From assembly GCA_964016885.1 (NCBI GenBank), contig OZ024745.1, positions 133,920,001 to 133,984,000 of the forward strand: a stretch of 64,000 nt of DNA, written 5' to 3'. The notes below the pieces were generated by a model, which was given only the letters and a program-made list of their open reading frames with translations, was not told the origin of the DNA and ran no database searches. Made by a program: the position numbers and the translations under genes. The stretch comes from Eledone cirrhosa (Eukaryota). Of the stretch, positions 1 through 15,439 are shown in pieces. The stretch's first letter is position 1. Each line of letters begins with the position of its first letter.

Positions 1-3000
1 TAACTAAAAACACTAAATAACAAAACTGTAAATAACAACACTGTAAATAACAACACTGTAACTAACAACACTGTAACTAACAACACTGTAAATAACAAAA
101 CTGTAAATAACAACACTGTAAATAACAACACTGTAAATAACAACACTGTAACTAACAACACTGTAAATAACAACACTGTAAATAACAACACTGTAACTAA
201 CAACACTCTAACTAACAACACTGTAACTAACAACACTGTAAATAACAACACTGTAACTAAAAACACTAAATAACAACACTGTAAATAACAACACTGTAAA
301 TAACAACACTGTAACTAACAACACTGTAACTAACAACACTGTAAATAACAACACTGTAAATAACAACACTGTAAATAAAAACACTGTAACTAACAACACT
401 GTAACTAACAACACTGTAAATAACAACACTGTAAATAACAACACTGTAAATAACAACACTGTAACTAACAACACTGTAACTAACAACACTGTAAATAACA
501 ACACTGTAAATAACAACACTGTAACTAACAACACTGTAAATAACAACACTGTAAATAACAACACTGTAACTAACAACACTCTAACTAACAACACTGTAAC
601 TAACAACACTGTAAATAACAACACTGTAACTAAAAACACTAAATAACAACACTGTAAATAACAACACTGTAAATAACAACACTGTAACTAACAACACTGT
701 AACTAACAACACTGTAAATAACAACACTGTAAATAACAACACTGTAAATAACAACACTGTAACTAACAACACTGTAACTAACAACACTGTAAATAACAAC
801 ACTGTAAATAACAACACTGTAACTAACAACACTGTAAATAACAACACTGTAAATAACAACACTGTAAATAACAACGCTGTAACTAACAACACTGTAAATA
901 ACAACACTGTAAATAACAACACTGTAAATAACAACACTGTAACTAACAACACTGTAAATAACAACACTGTAAATAACAACACTGTAACTAACAACACTGT
1001 AACTAACAACACTCTAACTAACAACACTCTAACTAACAACACTGTAACTAACAACACTGTAAATGACAACACTGTAACTAACAACACTGTAACTAACAAC
1101 ACTAAATAACGACACTGTAAATAACAACACTGTAAATAACAACACTGTAAATAACAAAACTGTAAATAACAACACTAAATAACAACACTGTAAATAACAA
1201 CACTGTAACTAACAACACTGTAAATAACAACACTGTAAATAACAACACTGTAACTAACAACACTGTAACTAACAACACTGTAACTAACAACACTGTAAAT
1301 AACAACACTGTAACTAACGACACTGTAAATAACAACACTGTAAATAACAACACTGTAACTAACAACACTGTAACTAACAACACTGTAACTAACAACACTG
1401 TAACTAACAACACTGTAAATAACAACACTGTAAATAACAACACTGTAACTAACAACACTGTAACTAACAACACTGTAAATAACAACACTGTAACTAACAA
1501 CACTGTAAATAACAACACTGTAAATAACAACACTGTAAATAACAACACTATAAATAACAACACTGTAACTAACAACACTGTAAATAACAACACTGTAAAT
1601 AACAACACTGTAACTAACAACACTGTAACTAACAACACTGTAAATAACAACACTGTAACTAACAACACTGTAAATAACAACACTGTAACTAACAACACTG
1701 TAAATAACAAGACTGTAACTAACAACACTGTAACTAACAACACTGTAACTAACAACACTGTAAATAACAACACTGTAAATAACAACACTGTAAATAACAA
1801 CACTGTAACTAACAACACTGTAAATAACAACACTGTAAATAACAACACTGTAACTAACAACACTGTAACTAACAACACTGTAACTAGCAACACTGTAAAT
1901 AACAACACTGTAACTAACAACACTGTAAATGACACTTTAACAAACAACACTCTAACTAACAACACTCTAAATAACAACACTGTAAATAATAACACTGTAA
2001 ATAACAACACTGTAACTAACAACACTGTAAATAACAACACTGTAACTAACAACACTGTAAATAACAACACTGTAGCTAACAACACTGTAAATAACAACAC
2101 TGTAAATAACAACACTGTAACTAACAACACTATAAATAACAACACTGTAAATAACAACACTGTAAATAACAACACTGTAACTAACAACACTGTAACTAAC
2201 AACACTGTAAATAACAAAACTGTAAATAACAACACTGTAAATAACAACACCGTAACTAACAACACTGTAAATAACAACACTGTAAATAACAACACTAAAT
2301 AACAACACTGTAAATGACAACACTGTAAATAACAACACTGTAAATAACAACACTGTAACTAACAACACTGTAAATAACAACACTGTAAATAACAACACTG
2401 TAAATAACAACACTGTAACTAACAACACATGTAACTAACAACACTGTAAATAACAACACTGTAAATAACAACACTGTAACTAACAACAATGTAAATAACA
2501 ACAATGTAAATAACAACACTGTAAATAACAACACTAAATAACAACACAGTAACTAACAACACTGTAACTAACAACACTGTAAATAACAACACTGTAACTA
2601 ACAACACTGTAACTAACAACACTGTAAATAACAACACTAAATAACAACACTGTAAATAACAACACTGTAACTAACAACACTGTAACTAACAACACTGTAA
2701 ATAAAAACACTGTAACTAACAACACTGTAACTAACAACACTGTAAATAACAACACTGTAACTAACAACACTCTAACTAACAACACTGTAAATAACAACAC
2801 TGTAAATAACAACACTGTAAATAACAACACTGTAACTAACAACACTCTAACTAACAACACTGTAAATAACAACACTGTAAATAACAACACTGTAAATAAC
2901 AACACTAAATAACAACACTCTAAATAACAACACTGTAAATAACAACACTGTAACTAACAACACTCTAACTAACAACACTGTAAATAACAACACTGTAAAT

Positions 3001-6000
3001 AACAACACTGTAAATAACAACACTAAATAACAACACTGTAAATAACAACACTGTAAATAACAACACTGTAACTAACAACACTCTAACTAACAACACTGTA
3101 AATGACAACACTGTAAATAACAACACTGTAAATAACAACACTGTAAATAACAACACTGTAACTAACAACACTCTAACTAACAACACTGTAAATAACAACA
3201 CTGTAAATAACAACACTGTAAATAACAACACTAAATAACAACACTCTAAATAACAACACTGTAAATAACAACACTGTGAACTAACAACACTGTAATTAAC
3301 AACACTGTAAATAACAACACTAAATAACAACACTGTAAATAACAACACTGTAACTAACAACACTGTAACTAACAACACTGTAAATAACAACACTGTAACT
3401 AACAACACTCTAACTAACAACACTGTAACTAACAACAATGTAACTAACAACACTGTAAATAACAACACTGTAACTAAAAACACTAAATAACAACACTGTA
3501 AATAACAACACTGTAAATAACAACACTGTAACTAACAACACTGTAACTAACAACACTGTAAATAACAAAACTGTAAATAACAACACTGTAAATAACAACA
3601 CTGTAAATAACAACACTGTAACTAACAACACTGTAAATAACAACACTGTAAATAACAACACTGTAAATAAAAACACTGTAACTAACAACACTGTAACTAA
3701 CAACACTGTAAATGACAACACTGTAAATAACAACACTATAAATAACAACACTGTAAATAACAACACTGTAACTAACAACACTGTAACTAACAACACTGTA
3801 AATAACAAAACTGTAAATAACAACACTGTAACTAACAACACTGTAAATAACAACACTGTAACTAACAACACTGTAACTAACAACACTAAATAACGACACT
3901 GTAAATAACAACACTGTAAATAACAACACTGTAAATAACAAAACTGTAAATAACAACACTAAATAACAACACTGTAAATAACAACACTGTAACTAACAAC
4001 ACTGTAAATAACAACACTGTAAATAACAAGACTGTAACTAACAACACTGTAACTAACAACACTGTAACTAACAACACTGTAAATAACAACACTGTAACTA
4101 ACAACACTGTAAATAATAACACTATAAATAACAACACTGTAACTAACAACACTGTAACTAACAACACTGTAAATAACAACACTGTAAATAACAACACTGT
4201 AAATAACAACACTGTAACTAACAACACTGTAACTAACAACACTGTAACTAACAACACTGTAAATAACAACACTGTAACTAACAACACTGTAAATAACAAC
4301 ACTGTAAATAACAACACTGTAAATAACAACACTATAAATAACAACACTGTAACTAACAACACTGTAAATAACAACACTGTAAATAACAACACTAAATAAC
4401 AACACTCTAAATAACAACACTGTAAATAACAACACTGTAACTAACAACACTGTAATTAACAACACTGTAAATAACAACACTAAATAACAACACTGTAAAT
4501 AACAACACTGTAACTAACAACACTGTAACTAACAACACTGTAAATAACAACACTGTAACTAACAACACTCTAACTAACAACACTGTAACTAACAACAATG
4601 TAACTAACAACACTGTAAATAACAACACTGTAACTAAAAACACTAAATAACAACACTGTAAATAACAACACTGTAAATAACAACACTGTAACTAACAACA
4701 CTGTAACTAACAACACTGTAAATAACAAAACTGTAAATAACAACACTGTAAATAACAACACTGTAAATAACAACACTGTAACTAACAACACTGTAAATAA
4801 CAACACTGTAAATAACAACACTGTAAATAAAAACACTGTAACTAACAACACTGTAACTAACAACACTGTAAATGACAACACTGTAAATAACAACACTATA
4901 AATAACAACACTGTAAATAACAACACTGTAACTAACAACACTGTAACTAACAACACTGCAAATAACAAAACTGTAAATAACAACACTGTAACTAACAATA
5001 CTGTAAATAACAACACTGTAACTAACAACACTGTAACTAACAACACTAAATAACGACACTGTAAATAACAACACTGTAAATAACAACACTGTAAATAACA
5101 AAACTGTAAATAACAACACTAAATAACAACACTGTAAATAACAACACTGTAACTAACAACACTGTAAATAACAACACTGTAAATAACAAGACTGTAACTA
5201 ACAACACTGTAACTAACAACACTGTAACTAACAACACTGTAAATAACAACACTGTAACTAACAACACTGTAAATAACAACACTATAAATAACAACACTGT
5301 AACTAACAACACTGTAACTAACAACACTGTAAATAACAACACTGTAAATAACAACACTGTAAATAACAACACTGTAACTAACAACACTGTAACTAACAAC
5401 ACTGTAACTAACAACACTGTAAATAACAACACTGTAACTAACAACACTGTAAATAACAACACTGTAAATAACAACACTGTAAATAACAACACTATAAATA
5501 ACAACACTGTAACTAACAACACTGTAAATAACAACACTGTAAATAACAACACTCTAAATAACAACACTGTAACTAACAACACTGTAACTAACAACACTGT
5601 AACTAACAACACTGTAACTAACAACACTGTAACTAACAACACTGTAAATAACAACACTGTAACTAACAACACTGTAAATAACAACACTGTAAATAACAAG
5701 ACTGTAACTAACAACACTGTAACTAACAACACTGTAACTAACAACACTGTAACTAACAACACTGTAAATAACAACACTGTAACTAACAACACTGTAAATA
5801 ACAACACTGTAACTAACAACACTGTAACTAGCAACACTGTAAATAACAACACTGTAACTAACAACACTGTAAATAACACTTTAACAAACAACACTCTAAC
5901 TAACAACACTCTAAATAACAACACTGTAAATAATAACACTGTAAATAACAACACTGTAACTAACAACACTGTAAATAACAACACTGTAACTAATAACACT

Positions 6001-8657
6001 GTAACTAACAACACTGTAAATAACAACACTTTAACTAACAACACTCTAACTAACAACACTCTAAATAACAACACTGTAAATAACAACACTGTAAATAACA
6101 ACACTGTAACTAACAACACTGTAAATAACAACACTGTAACTAACAACACTGTAACTAACAATACTGTAAATAACAACACTTTAACTAACAACACTCTAAC
6201 TAACAACACTCTAAATAACAACACTGTAAATAACAACGCTGTAAATAACAACACTGTAACTAACAACACTGTAAATAACAACACTCTAACTAACAACACT
6301 CTAAATAACAACACTGTAAATAACAACACTGTAAATAACAACACTGTAACTAACAACACTGTAACTAACAACACTGTAACTAACAACACTGTAAATAACA
6401 ACACTCTAACTAACAACACTGTAAATAACAACACTGTAACTAACAACACTGTAAATAACAACACTGTAACTAACAACACTGTAACTAACAATACTGTAAA
6501 TAACAACACTTTAACTAACAACACTCTAACTAACAACACTGTAAATGACAACACTGTAAATAACAACACTGTAACTAACAACACTGTAAGTAACAACACT
6601 GTAAATAACAACACTGTAAATAACAACACTGTAAATAACAACACTAAATAACAACACTGTAAATAACAACACTGTAAATAACAACACTGTAAATAACAAC
6701 ACTGTAACTAACAACACTGTAAATAACAACACTGTAAATAACAACACTGTAAATAACAACACTAAATAACAACACTGTAAATAACAAAACTGTAAATAAC
6801 AACACTGTAACTAACAACACTGTAACTAACAACACTGTAAATAACAACACTGTAACTAACAACACTGTAACTAACAACACTGTAAATAACAACACTGTAA
6901 CTAACAACACTGTAACTAACAACACTGTAACTAACAACACTGTAAATAACAAAACTGTAAATAAAAACACTGTAACTAACAACACTGTAACTAACAACAC
7001 TGTAAATAACAACACTGTAAATAACAAGACTGTAACTAACAACACTGTAAATAACAACACTGTAAATAACAACAATGTAAATAACAACACTGTAAATAAC
7101 AACACTAAATAACAACACTGTAAATAACAACACTGTAACTAACAACACTGTAACTAACAACACTGTAAATAACAACACTGTAAATAACAACACTGTAAAT
7201 AACAACAATGTAAATAACAACACTGTAACTAACAACACTGTAAATGACAACACTGTAAATAACAACACTATAAATAACAACACTGTAAATAACAACACTG
7301 TAAATAACAACACTGTAACTAACAACACTGAAACTAACAACACTGTAAATAACAACACTGTAAATAACAACACTGTAACTAACAACACTGTAACTAACAA
7401 CACTGTAACTAACAACACTGTAAATAACAACACTGTAAATAACAACACTGTAACTAACAACACTGTAATTAACAACACTGTAAATAACAACACTGTAAAT
7501 AACAAGACTGTAACTAACAACACTGTAAATAACAACACTGTAAATAACAAGACTGTAACTAACAACACTGTAAATAACAACACTGTAAATAACAACACTG
7601 TAACTAACAACACTGTAAATAACAACACTGTAACTAACAACACTGTAAATAACAACACTGTAACTAACAACACTGTAACTAATAACACTGTAAATAACAA
7701 CACTGTAACTAACAACACTGTAACTAACAACACTGTAACTAACAACACTGTAACTAACAACACTGTAAATAACAACACTGTAAATAACAACACTGTAAAT
7801 AACAACACTGAAACTAACAACACTGTAAATAACAACACTGTAACTAACAACACTGTAACTAACAACACTGTAAATAACAACACTGTAACTAACAACACTG
7901 TAAATAACAACACTGTAAATAACAACACTGTAAATAACAACACTGTAACTAACAACACTGTAAATAACAACACTGTAACTAACAACACTATAAATAACAA
8001 CACTGTAACTAACAACACTGTAAATAACAACACTGTAAATAACAACACTGTAAATAACAACACTGTAAATAACAACACTGTAACTAACAACACTGTAAAT
8101 AACAACACTGTAAATAACAACACTGTAACTAACAACACTGTAACTAACAACACTGTAACTAACAACACTGTAAATAACAACACTGTAAATAACAACACTG
8201 TAAATAACAACACTGTAGCTAACAACACTGTAAATAACAACACTGTAACTAACAACACTGTAAATAACAACACTGTAACTAACAACACTGTAACTAACAA
8301 CACTGTAAATGACAACACTGTAAATAACAACACTGTAACTAACAACACTGTAACTAACAAAACTGTAAATAACATCACTGTAAATAACAACACTGTAACT
8401 AACAACACTGTAAATGACAACACTGTAAATAACAACACTGTAAATAACAACACTGTAAATAACAACATTAAATAACAACACTGTAAATAACAACACTGTA
8501 AATAACAACACTGTAAATAACAACACTGTAAATAACAACAATGTAAATAACAACACTGTAAATAACAACAATGTAACTAACAACACTGTAACTAACAACA
8601 CTGTAAATAACAACACTGTAACTAACAACACTGTAAATAACAACACTGTAACTAACA
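1..8657. repeat. 15-bp satellite array, unit GTAA(A/C)TAACAACACT, roughly 580 units, open at the window start
   Basis: Continuous tandem repeat with two dominant variants differing at one position, occasional 13-bp units lacking GT, and a sharp right boundary at 8657. Confidence 0.98.
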
Positions 8658-8659
8658 TG

Positions 8660-9050
8660 AGCATTTTATTATTTGGCGGTAATATTTTTTCTAAGTTCAA
8701 GATTTGAGTATAATTTGTAGTTGAGCCTCTCGTGGTACAGAACTTATGATTGCTTTTCACACGGAATTCAACTATTTGTAGATGCTTATAATCGTTCTGG
8801 CGACGAAAGTGATATTTAAAAGAACGAAAATCTTGGCACAATCTCCATTTAGAATAGAATCAGTCCCGTCTAAAATTTAGGCTTATTGCCCCCTCTTCAA
8901 CAAGATGACCATTTCTGTTAACTTGGAAATATCCACAATGAGGGTGCTTCTGTATTCGATACAATTCTAAACGTCTTCAATAGTGCATCTTGCATTTGGG
9001 AAACTGTGCAAAAGAGACTCTGTCCTTACAGGATCCAGGCGTCCATATTG
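8660..9050 (-). pseudogene. Possible highly decayed Helitron/PIF1-type helicase fragment
   Basis: The minus strand reads ...TLIVDISKL...ILDGTDSILNGDCAKIF..., resembling PIF1 motifs LIIDEISM and FGG..IL.GDF.Q. Stops and frameshifts are present. Confidence 0.3.
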
Positions 9051-9186
9051 TATACATAGATAGATTCAATGGAATCAAAGTATTGAACCTAAGAAGTGCT
9101 TATGAGGATACATAAACATATATGTGTGTGTGTGTATGGGTGTGTGCGTGTGTGTGTTTGCGTATATATATATATATATATATATA

Positions 9187-9579
<393 letters not shown>

Positions 9580-9841
9580 ATGCATGGTTTAGCAGTAGGT
9601 CAAGCATGTTTAGGAAAGAAATATCGTTCATGAATCGGCTTCAGTGCATAAATATTATCTATTTTATTGGCCATTGAGGAAATTTAAATCGGAACTTAGA
9701 ATGAACTAAAGTGTAGGATATTTCGTCTAAGAAAGTATAGTTTCTCTCACTCTACATTCATCTGGACATATTGAGCTGTTCAGTTTGGTCTTTGAAATTT
9801 CCCGAAATATAGAGTTCAAGTATTTAGTAAATATTATATTA

Positions 9842-10253
9842 TCTGAGTTCAAATCCCGCCGAGGTTGACTTTACCTGTCATCCTTACGGGGTCGATAAAA
9901 TAAAGTACCAGTAATGCACTGGGTATTTGCTGGCCTTGTGCCTAAAGTAGAAACAATTATATTATATTATAATATAATAAGGCCAGCAATTATCCCAGTG
10001 TATTACTCGTACTTTATTTTATCGAACCCGTAAGGATGAAAGACAAAGCTAACTTCGGCTGGATTTGAACTCAGACCATAAAGGGCCGTAATTCTTTGCT
10101 GCAAAGCATTGTGTATCTACCGATACTGCCAATCCACCGTATAGAAATAATTGTTTCTACTTTTGGCACAAGGGCAGCAATTACCCAGTGCATTACTGGT
10201 ACTTTATTTTATCGACCCCGTAAGGATGAAAGGCAAAGTTAACCTCGGCGGGA
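9842..10253. mobile_element. Cluster of three copies of the major tRNA-derived SINE (9842-9960 +, 9979-10140 -, 10146-10253 -)
   Basis: B-box GAGTTCAAATCCC plus the core CTTTCATCCTTACGGGGTCGATAAAATAAAGTACCAG (Nin/Deu-domain-like) shared by more than 15 copies in the window. Confidence 0.85.
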
Positions 10254-10584
10254 TAGAAATAATAGTATCCATAATGGTTAAACATTTTCAATATTTAATG
10301 AGAGTATAAAGATTATATACCGTTGTTAAAATCTGATAACTGTTTGGTTTCTCCCTTCCCCCTCCCTTTCTTCAGGGGCCGAATAGTTCTTGCTTTTTCA
10401 CTCCTTTTCCTCTCTTTTATGGCATTTATAGTGCTTTCCTCTACTTTCCTTTACAGCCAGATATGCCCTTCTTTAGCCTTCTCCCCTCTCTTCATTTCTT
10501 AATTGCGTTTTTATTTTTTTTTTTTGTTTGTGTTCATATCTCCATCTTTGAGTACCTTCATTTTGTAAATCATAGTTGACATAT

Positions 10585-10949
10585 TTATGTCTATGTCTAG
10601 GGTAAAATTCCAGAGATCCATGGACGAGTTCTCTCCAGCGGTCTCTGTCCCCCATCATCGCTGCCATGTCCTGCGTCTCCAAGAGACCAGTGTCTGTCCT
10701 TAGGACATCAACATACGTTAATCTCAGTCTTCCTCTTCCAGTTTGTCCATGCAGGGGCTCCCACAGGAGCACTGAGTGCAGTGTCAACTCTGGATGTCGG
10801 TAAACATGTCCAACTAACCTCAGTCTCCTCTGTGCCACTCTCGAGATGACTTTTTGGAGGCTCCCGTACAGCTCTGAGTTCTCCATCCTCAGTGTATACC
10901 GATTAATTTTCAGAGCCATCCTCAGCATTCTCGTGTAGCACCCATCCAT
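10585..10949 (-). mobile_element. RTE-clade LINE 3' fragment (ORF C-terminus)
   Basis: DGCYTRMLRMAL...RRLRLVGHVYRH...LLWEP..G.TGRGR.RLTYVD...DRDRWR is typical of RTE C-termini. Confidence 0.8.
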
Positions 10950-11477
10950 ATTTATGTATAATTGATTAAAGAATCAAAATGCTTTTGAATTTTAAGCATT
11001 TTTACCAAGAAATAGAATGAATTTTAATGGGTTTAAGAACATTCTATTAAATCAATCCAATTATATGTTATAAAACTCTGCGTGATAATGAGATATCATC
11101 TCTGGCAGAATTTGAAACTAAGAGACTTTCAAGGACGAAACTCAATATTATCATAGCAATAGTTGTGAGTCTTGCGCTATAGTATATCTAGTTGACTACA
11201 ACACAGGTTATCAAATAACGAAGCCAGATATTTGTAGTGAGAAATATAGACGTTAGAATCGACTAGATTATATCCCTAGATGTTTGGAACTATTCAGAAC
11301 AATGAAAGTCTCACATGTTTACGGTTTGAACTTAAAACCCAGAGGGCCAACATTAAATACTGAAAGCGTTCAGGTCAATGCGTTACCATTTCTGCCAATT
11401 CAACTCACCAGAAGAGAGGTAATTCTAGGTAAAACCGATAATAACAACTGAGATAAGAGATTGGAAACTTTTATTTG

Positions 11478-11760
11478 TGGAGACGCATGGCCTAGTGGTA
11501 GAGGTGTTGGACGTACGATCATAGTGTCATGGGTTCGATTCCTGGGCTGGGTTGTGTGTTGTGTTGTTGAGCAAAACACTTCATTTCATGTTGCTCCAGT
11601 ATACTCAGCTGAAAATGAGTACCAATGATAGCTGGGTTTTACCCCTGTGATAGACTGGTGACCTGTTCAGGGGAAGTCTTGTACTCTCAGTCGCTTTACA
11701 TCACGAAACCAGGATAAGCTCCAGCCTGACGAGCCTACTCGTTTGAGACAGACTTTAGAC
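11478..11760 (+). mobile_element. tRNA-derived SINE, second family (CORE/V-like body)
   Basis: A-box TGGCCTAGTGG, B-box GGTTCGATTCC, then TTGAGCAAAACACTT and CCCTGTGATAGACTGG body motifs. Confidence 0.7.
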
Positions 11761-11901
11761 TTTTAGATGTATATGTGTGTGTATTTAATGAAAGAAACGA
11801 TTATATTTAGGTTTTAATTATTTTATCATTTTCTGTTCTAGGAATACACCTGCAGATAGGCTCACCATTTACAACAAGGATCAATTATCTGAAGAAAAAA
11901 T

Positions 11902-12012
11902 AACACTGCCTCTAAGAGTTACCTCAGCTTTCAACCGACACTTACTGCCTCTAAAAGTTACCTCAACTTTTCAACCGACACTTTCTGCCTCTAAGACTTA
12001 CCTCAGCTTTTC
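11902..12012. repeat. ~39-bp minisatellite, 3 copies
   Basis: CTGCCTCTAAGAGTTACCTCAGCTTT(T)CAACCGACAC repeated. Confidence 0.85.
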
Positions 12013-12184
12013 ATGATAGAACCATAGTATCCTATTAGATATCTGAGACCAGGAAGAGAGCTACTTTAAAAAGAACTTATAGCTTAACTTATGGCAAAGT
12101 TAAACTGTTTATGGGTGTCTCTGGTCTGATTTAGATACACACATACACACACACAAATATATGTGTGTGTGTGTGTGCGTGTGC

Positions 12185-12291
<107 letters not shown>

Positions 12292-12462
12292 CGTGTGTGC
12301 GTGTGTGTGTGTGTGACAGGTTCAATCGGAGGTAACCACAGTAAGTAAGGTACTCAATACATTAGTAGAGTGTATAATACAACAAAATTTAATATAGAAA
12401 TGGCTTCGGGTGAAACAGTCCTAGTCCTGTAGAAGCCGTTTCTATATTAAATTATGTTATAT

Positions 12463-12660
12463 TCGACTTTCGTCAATCGGAGCGAGGAAACAATGTTTCC
12501 GTTGGTCTTTCTAATTGCTAATACTTTCTATCGATCGCAACTCCAGGTAGAAGGAGCAACGTGAAATAAAGTGTCTTGCTCAAGGACATAACGCATCTCC
12601 CGGTTCTCAACCTCACGATTGCGAATCCAATTCTCTAACCACTCAGCAATGCGCCTTCAC
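12463..12660 (-). mobile_element. tRNA-derived SINE, third family (paralogous to 16345-16552)
   Basis: Highly similar to 16345-16552, with a deletion in the B-box region. Confidence 0.75.
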
Positions 12661-14104
12661 TATATATATATATAGTACATACTGTTATTTGCTCAATTGC
12701 TTCTTCTGTCAGCTCAACTGAATGTAAGCACGTTTAAACGTCAAATAATTACTTTAATCGGGTGGTGCAGATAAGTTTTTGCCATAGGCGATATAAGCAG
12801 TAACTTGGAGCTACTTGGTACGGCTGCTAGTATTACTACGACAACAGCAACTACTAACTACTACTACTGCTATCACCTGTAATAAACAAACATCTTTTTG
12901 CCGGCAGTCAGGGATAATGATAGCCGCTGTTTTCACTACGTCTTTCTCTCCATACTGTCACAAGGCAAACTATGTAGTTGTCTGCTAACCTGACCTAGCT
13001 ATCGCTTAGTTTGTCTCTTTTTTTTTTAAGGTGGGTGTTATGTTTTAAGTGTTTATAACTTTTTCTTATCCTTTCAATTTTTCTTTTTTTTCTTTCTTCC
13101 TCGGCATAACAGGTAGTGTTAGTTCAGATAATCTAGTTTTCTTCGCCGAAGATTCGTATTTGGATTAAAAACACCTCTCATTCAATGCTTATGAGGCAAA
13201 CCACATTTTTTTTAAAATAATTAATAACGTATAAAACCATGAACATTGGACTTTAAATGTGTTGTGCACAATTCTTTTATTATTATTTTCAACAATCTGA
13301 GTGGCATTCTGTTAGTATACTGCACGAGGTAGAGTCGAACTAGTATGAACAATAACTTTATACGTTTTAAAGTTTTAAGTTTAAAAATTCATTGTTGTCA
13401 GACTAACAACAATTAGTAGATATAACTATTAACGTATATACGTAACTGTATATATAATAATAATAATTGATACATATGACTATATACTAATTCAGTATAT
13501 TAATAGAAATATATAGAATTATAAACATTTATCGATTACTGTCCGGAAATATTCGAAACAAATCATCAACAGGTAAGTTCCTTATGATATATAAATACAG
13601 AACATCCATCGATATCAATACATATATCAATACATGATTTTAACGATGTATTTATGTGTTTCTGAACAAACTGGTTGTAAAATATAGGCTAACCTACATT
13701 ATTTACGTCCTAACACCTTCAGTTTTTATTCTATCATTAATCTTGAGTATATGTTGTAGTAGAGAAGATCTGTTGGCTGTATCACCTCTCCCTCCACATT
13801 TCTTAGGTTTCTATCATTTAAAATACTCGCTTGAAAGGGATTGTACTGCTAGAAATGTTTTCTTTTAAATCTGTACAGAAATCTATGAAGCTGCTAACTA
13901 GAATAATAAAATCACATTATTCTTCCTGGTACAATAAATATATATATATATCAAGTAAGAATATTTTCGAAACAGCGAGTGGGTTTGAAATTATTAGAAA
14001 TGTAAGTTATCGCCGTATTTTGACTAAAGAAATTAAAGAAATTATTTAGCCTGATAGTGGGGTTAAGAACCCTCGGAGAAAGGGAAAAAGATGAGTATTG
14101 ACGT

Positions 14105-14151
<47 letters not shown>

Positions 14152-15439
14152 TGGGTAAATTCCAGATGATGTAGATTCTAGTCCTGTAAAAGTCATTTGA
14201 CTATTATATATATATATGTGTGTGGGGGGGTGTAAACAACGAGATCGAAATCACTGGATATCGATCGAAACCCTTATTATTATGTAGTATAAATAAACAA
14301 AACATTACATGTGTGTGTGCGGGGTAGTGATCGAAGAAACTACAAATTAGAGTAGTACTGAATATAAGGTCATTGAGATTGTTCAGCGCAGCAGTTTCTG
14401 CTTCAGCTGTTAAATGCTGCGGGCGAAAGAGGCTCGGTTCAATCAAGAGTTCTAAAATGCCATCCGAGCAAAGAAGGAGGTTCACTAACTTGGCTTCAAC
14501 TGTTCTCGCCTGTGGATCCAGTTAGAGACGATTGTTTCTGACAAGAACTGCTGGAAGAAGTGTTTGCAGACTCTACCTCCGCGAACCGCTCAGGAAAACG
14601 TGGGCGAAGAAGAAGCTACAAAAAGTATACAATTCAAAAATCGATCTCACGTCCTTGTAAAGATAGTGTTTGGATAAAACCAATACAAATTTTAATTTGG
14701 TTTCTTATAGAATAAGTGGAGTATATAATCTAGTAGTTAGCATTACTGAAACTACTGAAATATCTGGTTGCTATGGTTTCACTAATATTTATTTCTTACA
14801 TATGTTGAAGATTTAAGATATATTGTGGACAGAAAGAAGTGTAACTGCCATGAAGAGAAGTAGAACCAATATAATTAGGGTTCACTCTTGAGGAGTGTCC
14901 CCGTCTACGGCCAGCTTCACCTAGATATTATCTAAACTATAATAAAGTAAGGAGTACGGGACTGCGTCCAGAATATTTTTTTTTTATCCCGTTTGTAAAA
15001 TAAGTTGGATTACTTTGAATAAATAATGAATGAATATTACATAATTTATCTACTAAATTTCGTTATTCTTAATTAAATATAAATAATTTTGTTGGTTATT
15101 TTAAGATTCACTTCTTTAAAATTTTCAAATGTCAACACTTCCTGTTAGCGATCGCTTAAATAAACATTCATATATTTCCGTCACTAATTTTCTCCTAATG
15201 CAATTTATATATAATATCGTCTTTTTTTAATGTATCATGGATTACGTTACTGATTACATAAGACAGTGTAACACAGTCTTCGTTCAATTTCTGTGTATTT
15301 CTGTCAATTACGATTTTATTTGATCATATCTACATGCATATATACTTGCGTATAATTTTAATATGCACATTATACATACTACCAGAAAAACCACCCGAAG
15401 GGTGGTTTTTCTGCTAGTTAATGATAAAACCAACACCAG

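Noticed and set aside
1-8657. CRISPR-like array
   Set aside because: There are no unique spacers and no cas genes, and the context is eukaryotic.
208-8841. Long minus-strand ORFs (VLLFT/VLLVT and YSVVI repeats, up to 578 aa)
   Set aside because: These are translations of a 15-bp satellite that lacks stops in two frames. The frames are broken by 13-bp units, so there is no sign of coding constraint.
11478-11560. tRNA gene (also 16470-16552)
   Set aside because: The A/B boxes run into SINE bodies with no proper cloverleaf end or terminator, so these are SINE heads.
13540-13580. Perfect splice donor CAG|GTAAGT (and an acceptor-like site at ~11840)
   Set aside because: No supportable exon or recognisable protein. 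Such motifs occur by chance in 64 kb, although a host intron or exon cannot be excluded without RNA data.
15378-15418. Bacterial rho-independent terminator
   Set aside because: The context is a eukaryotic repeat region with no upstream gene. A Helitron-end hairpin explains it better.
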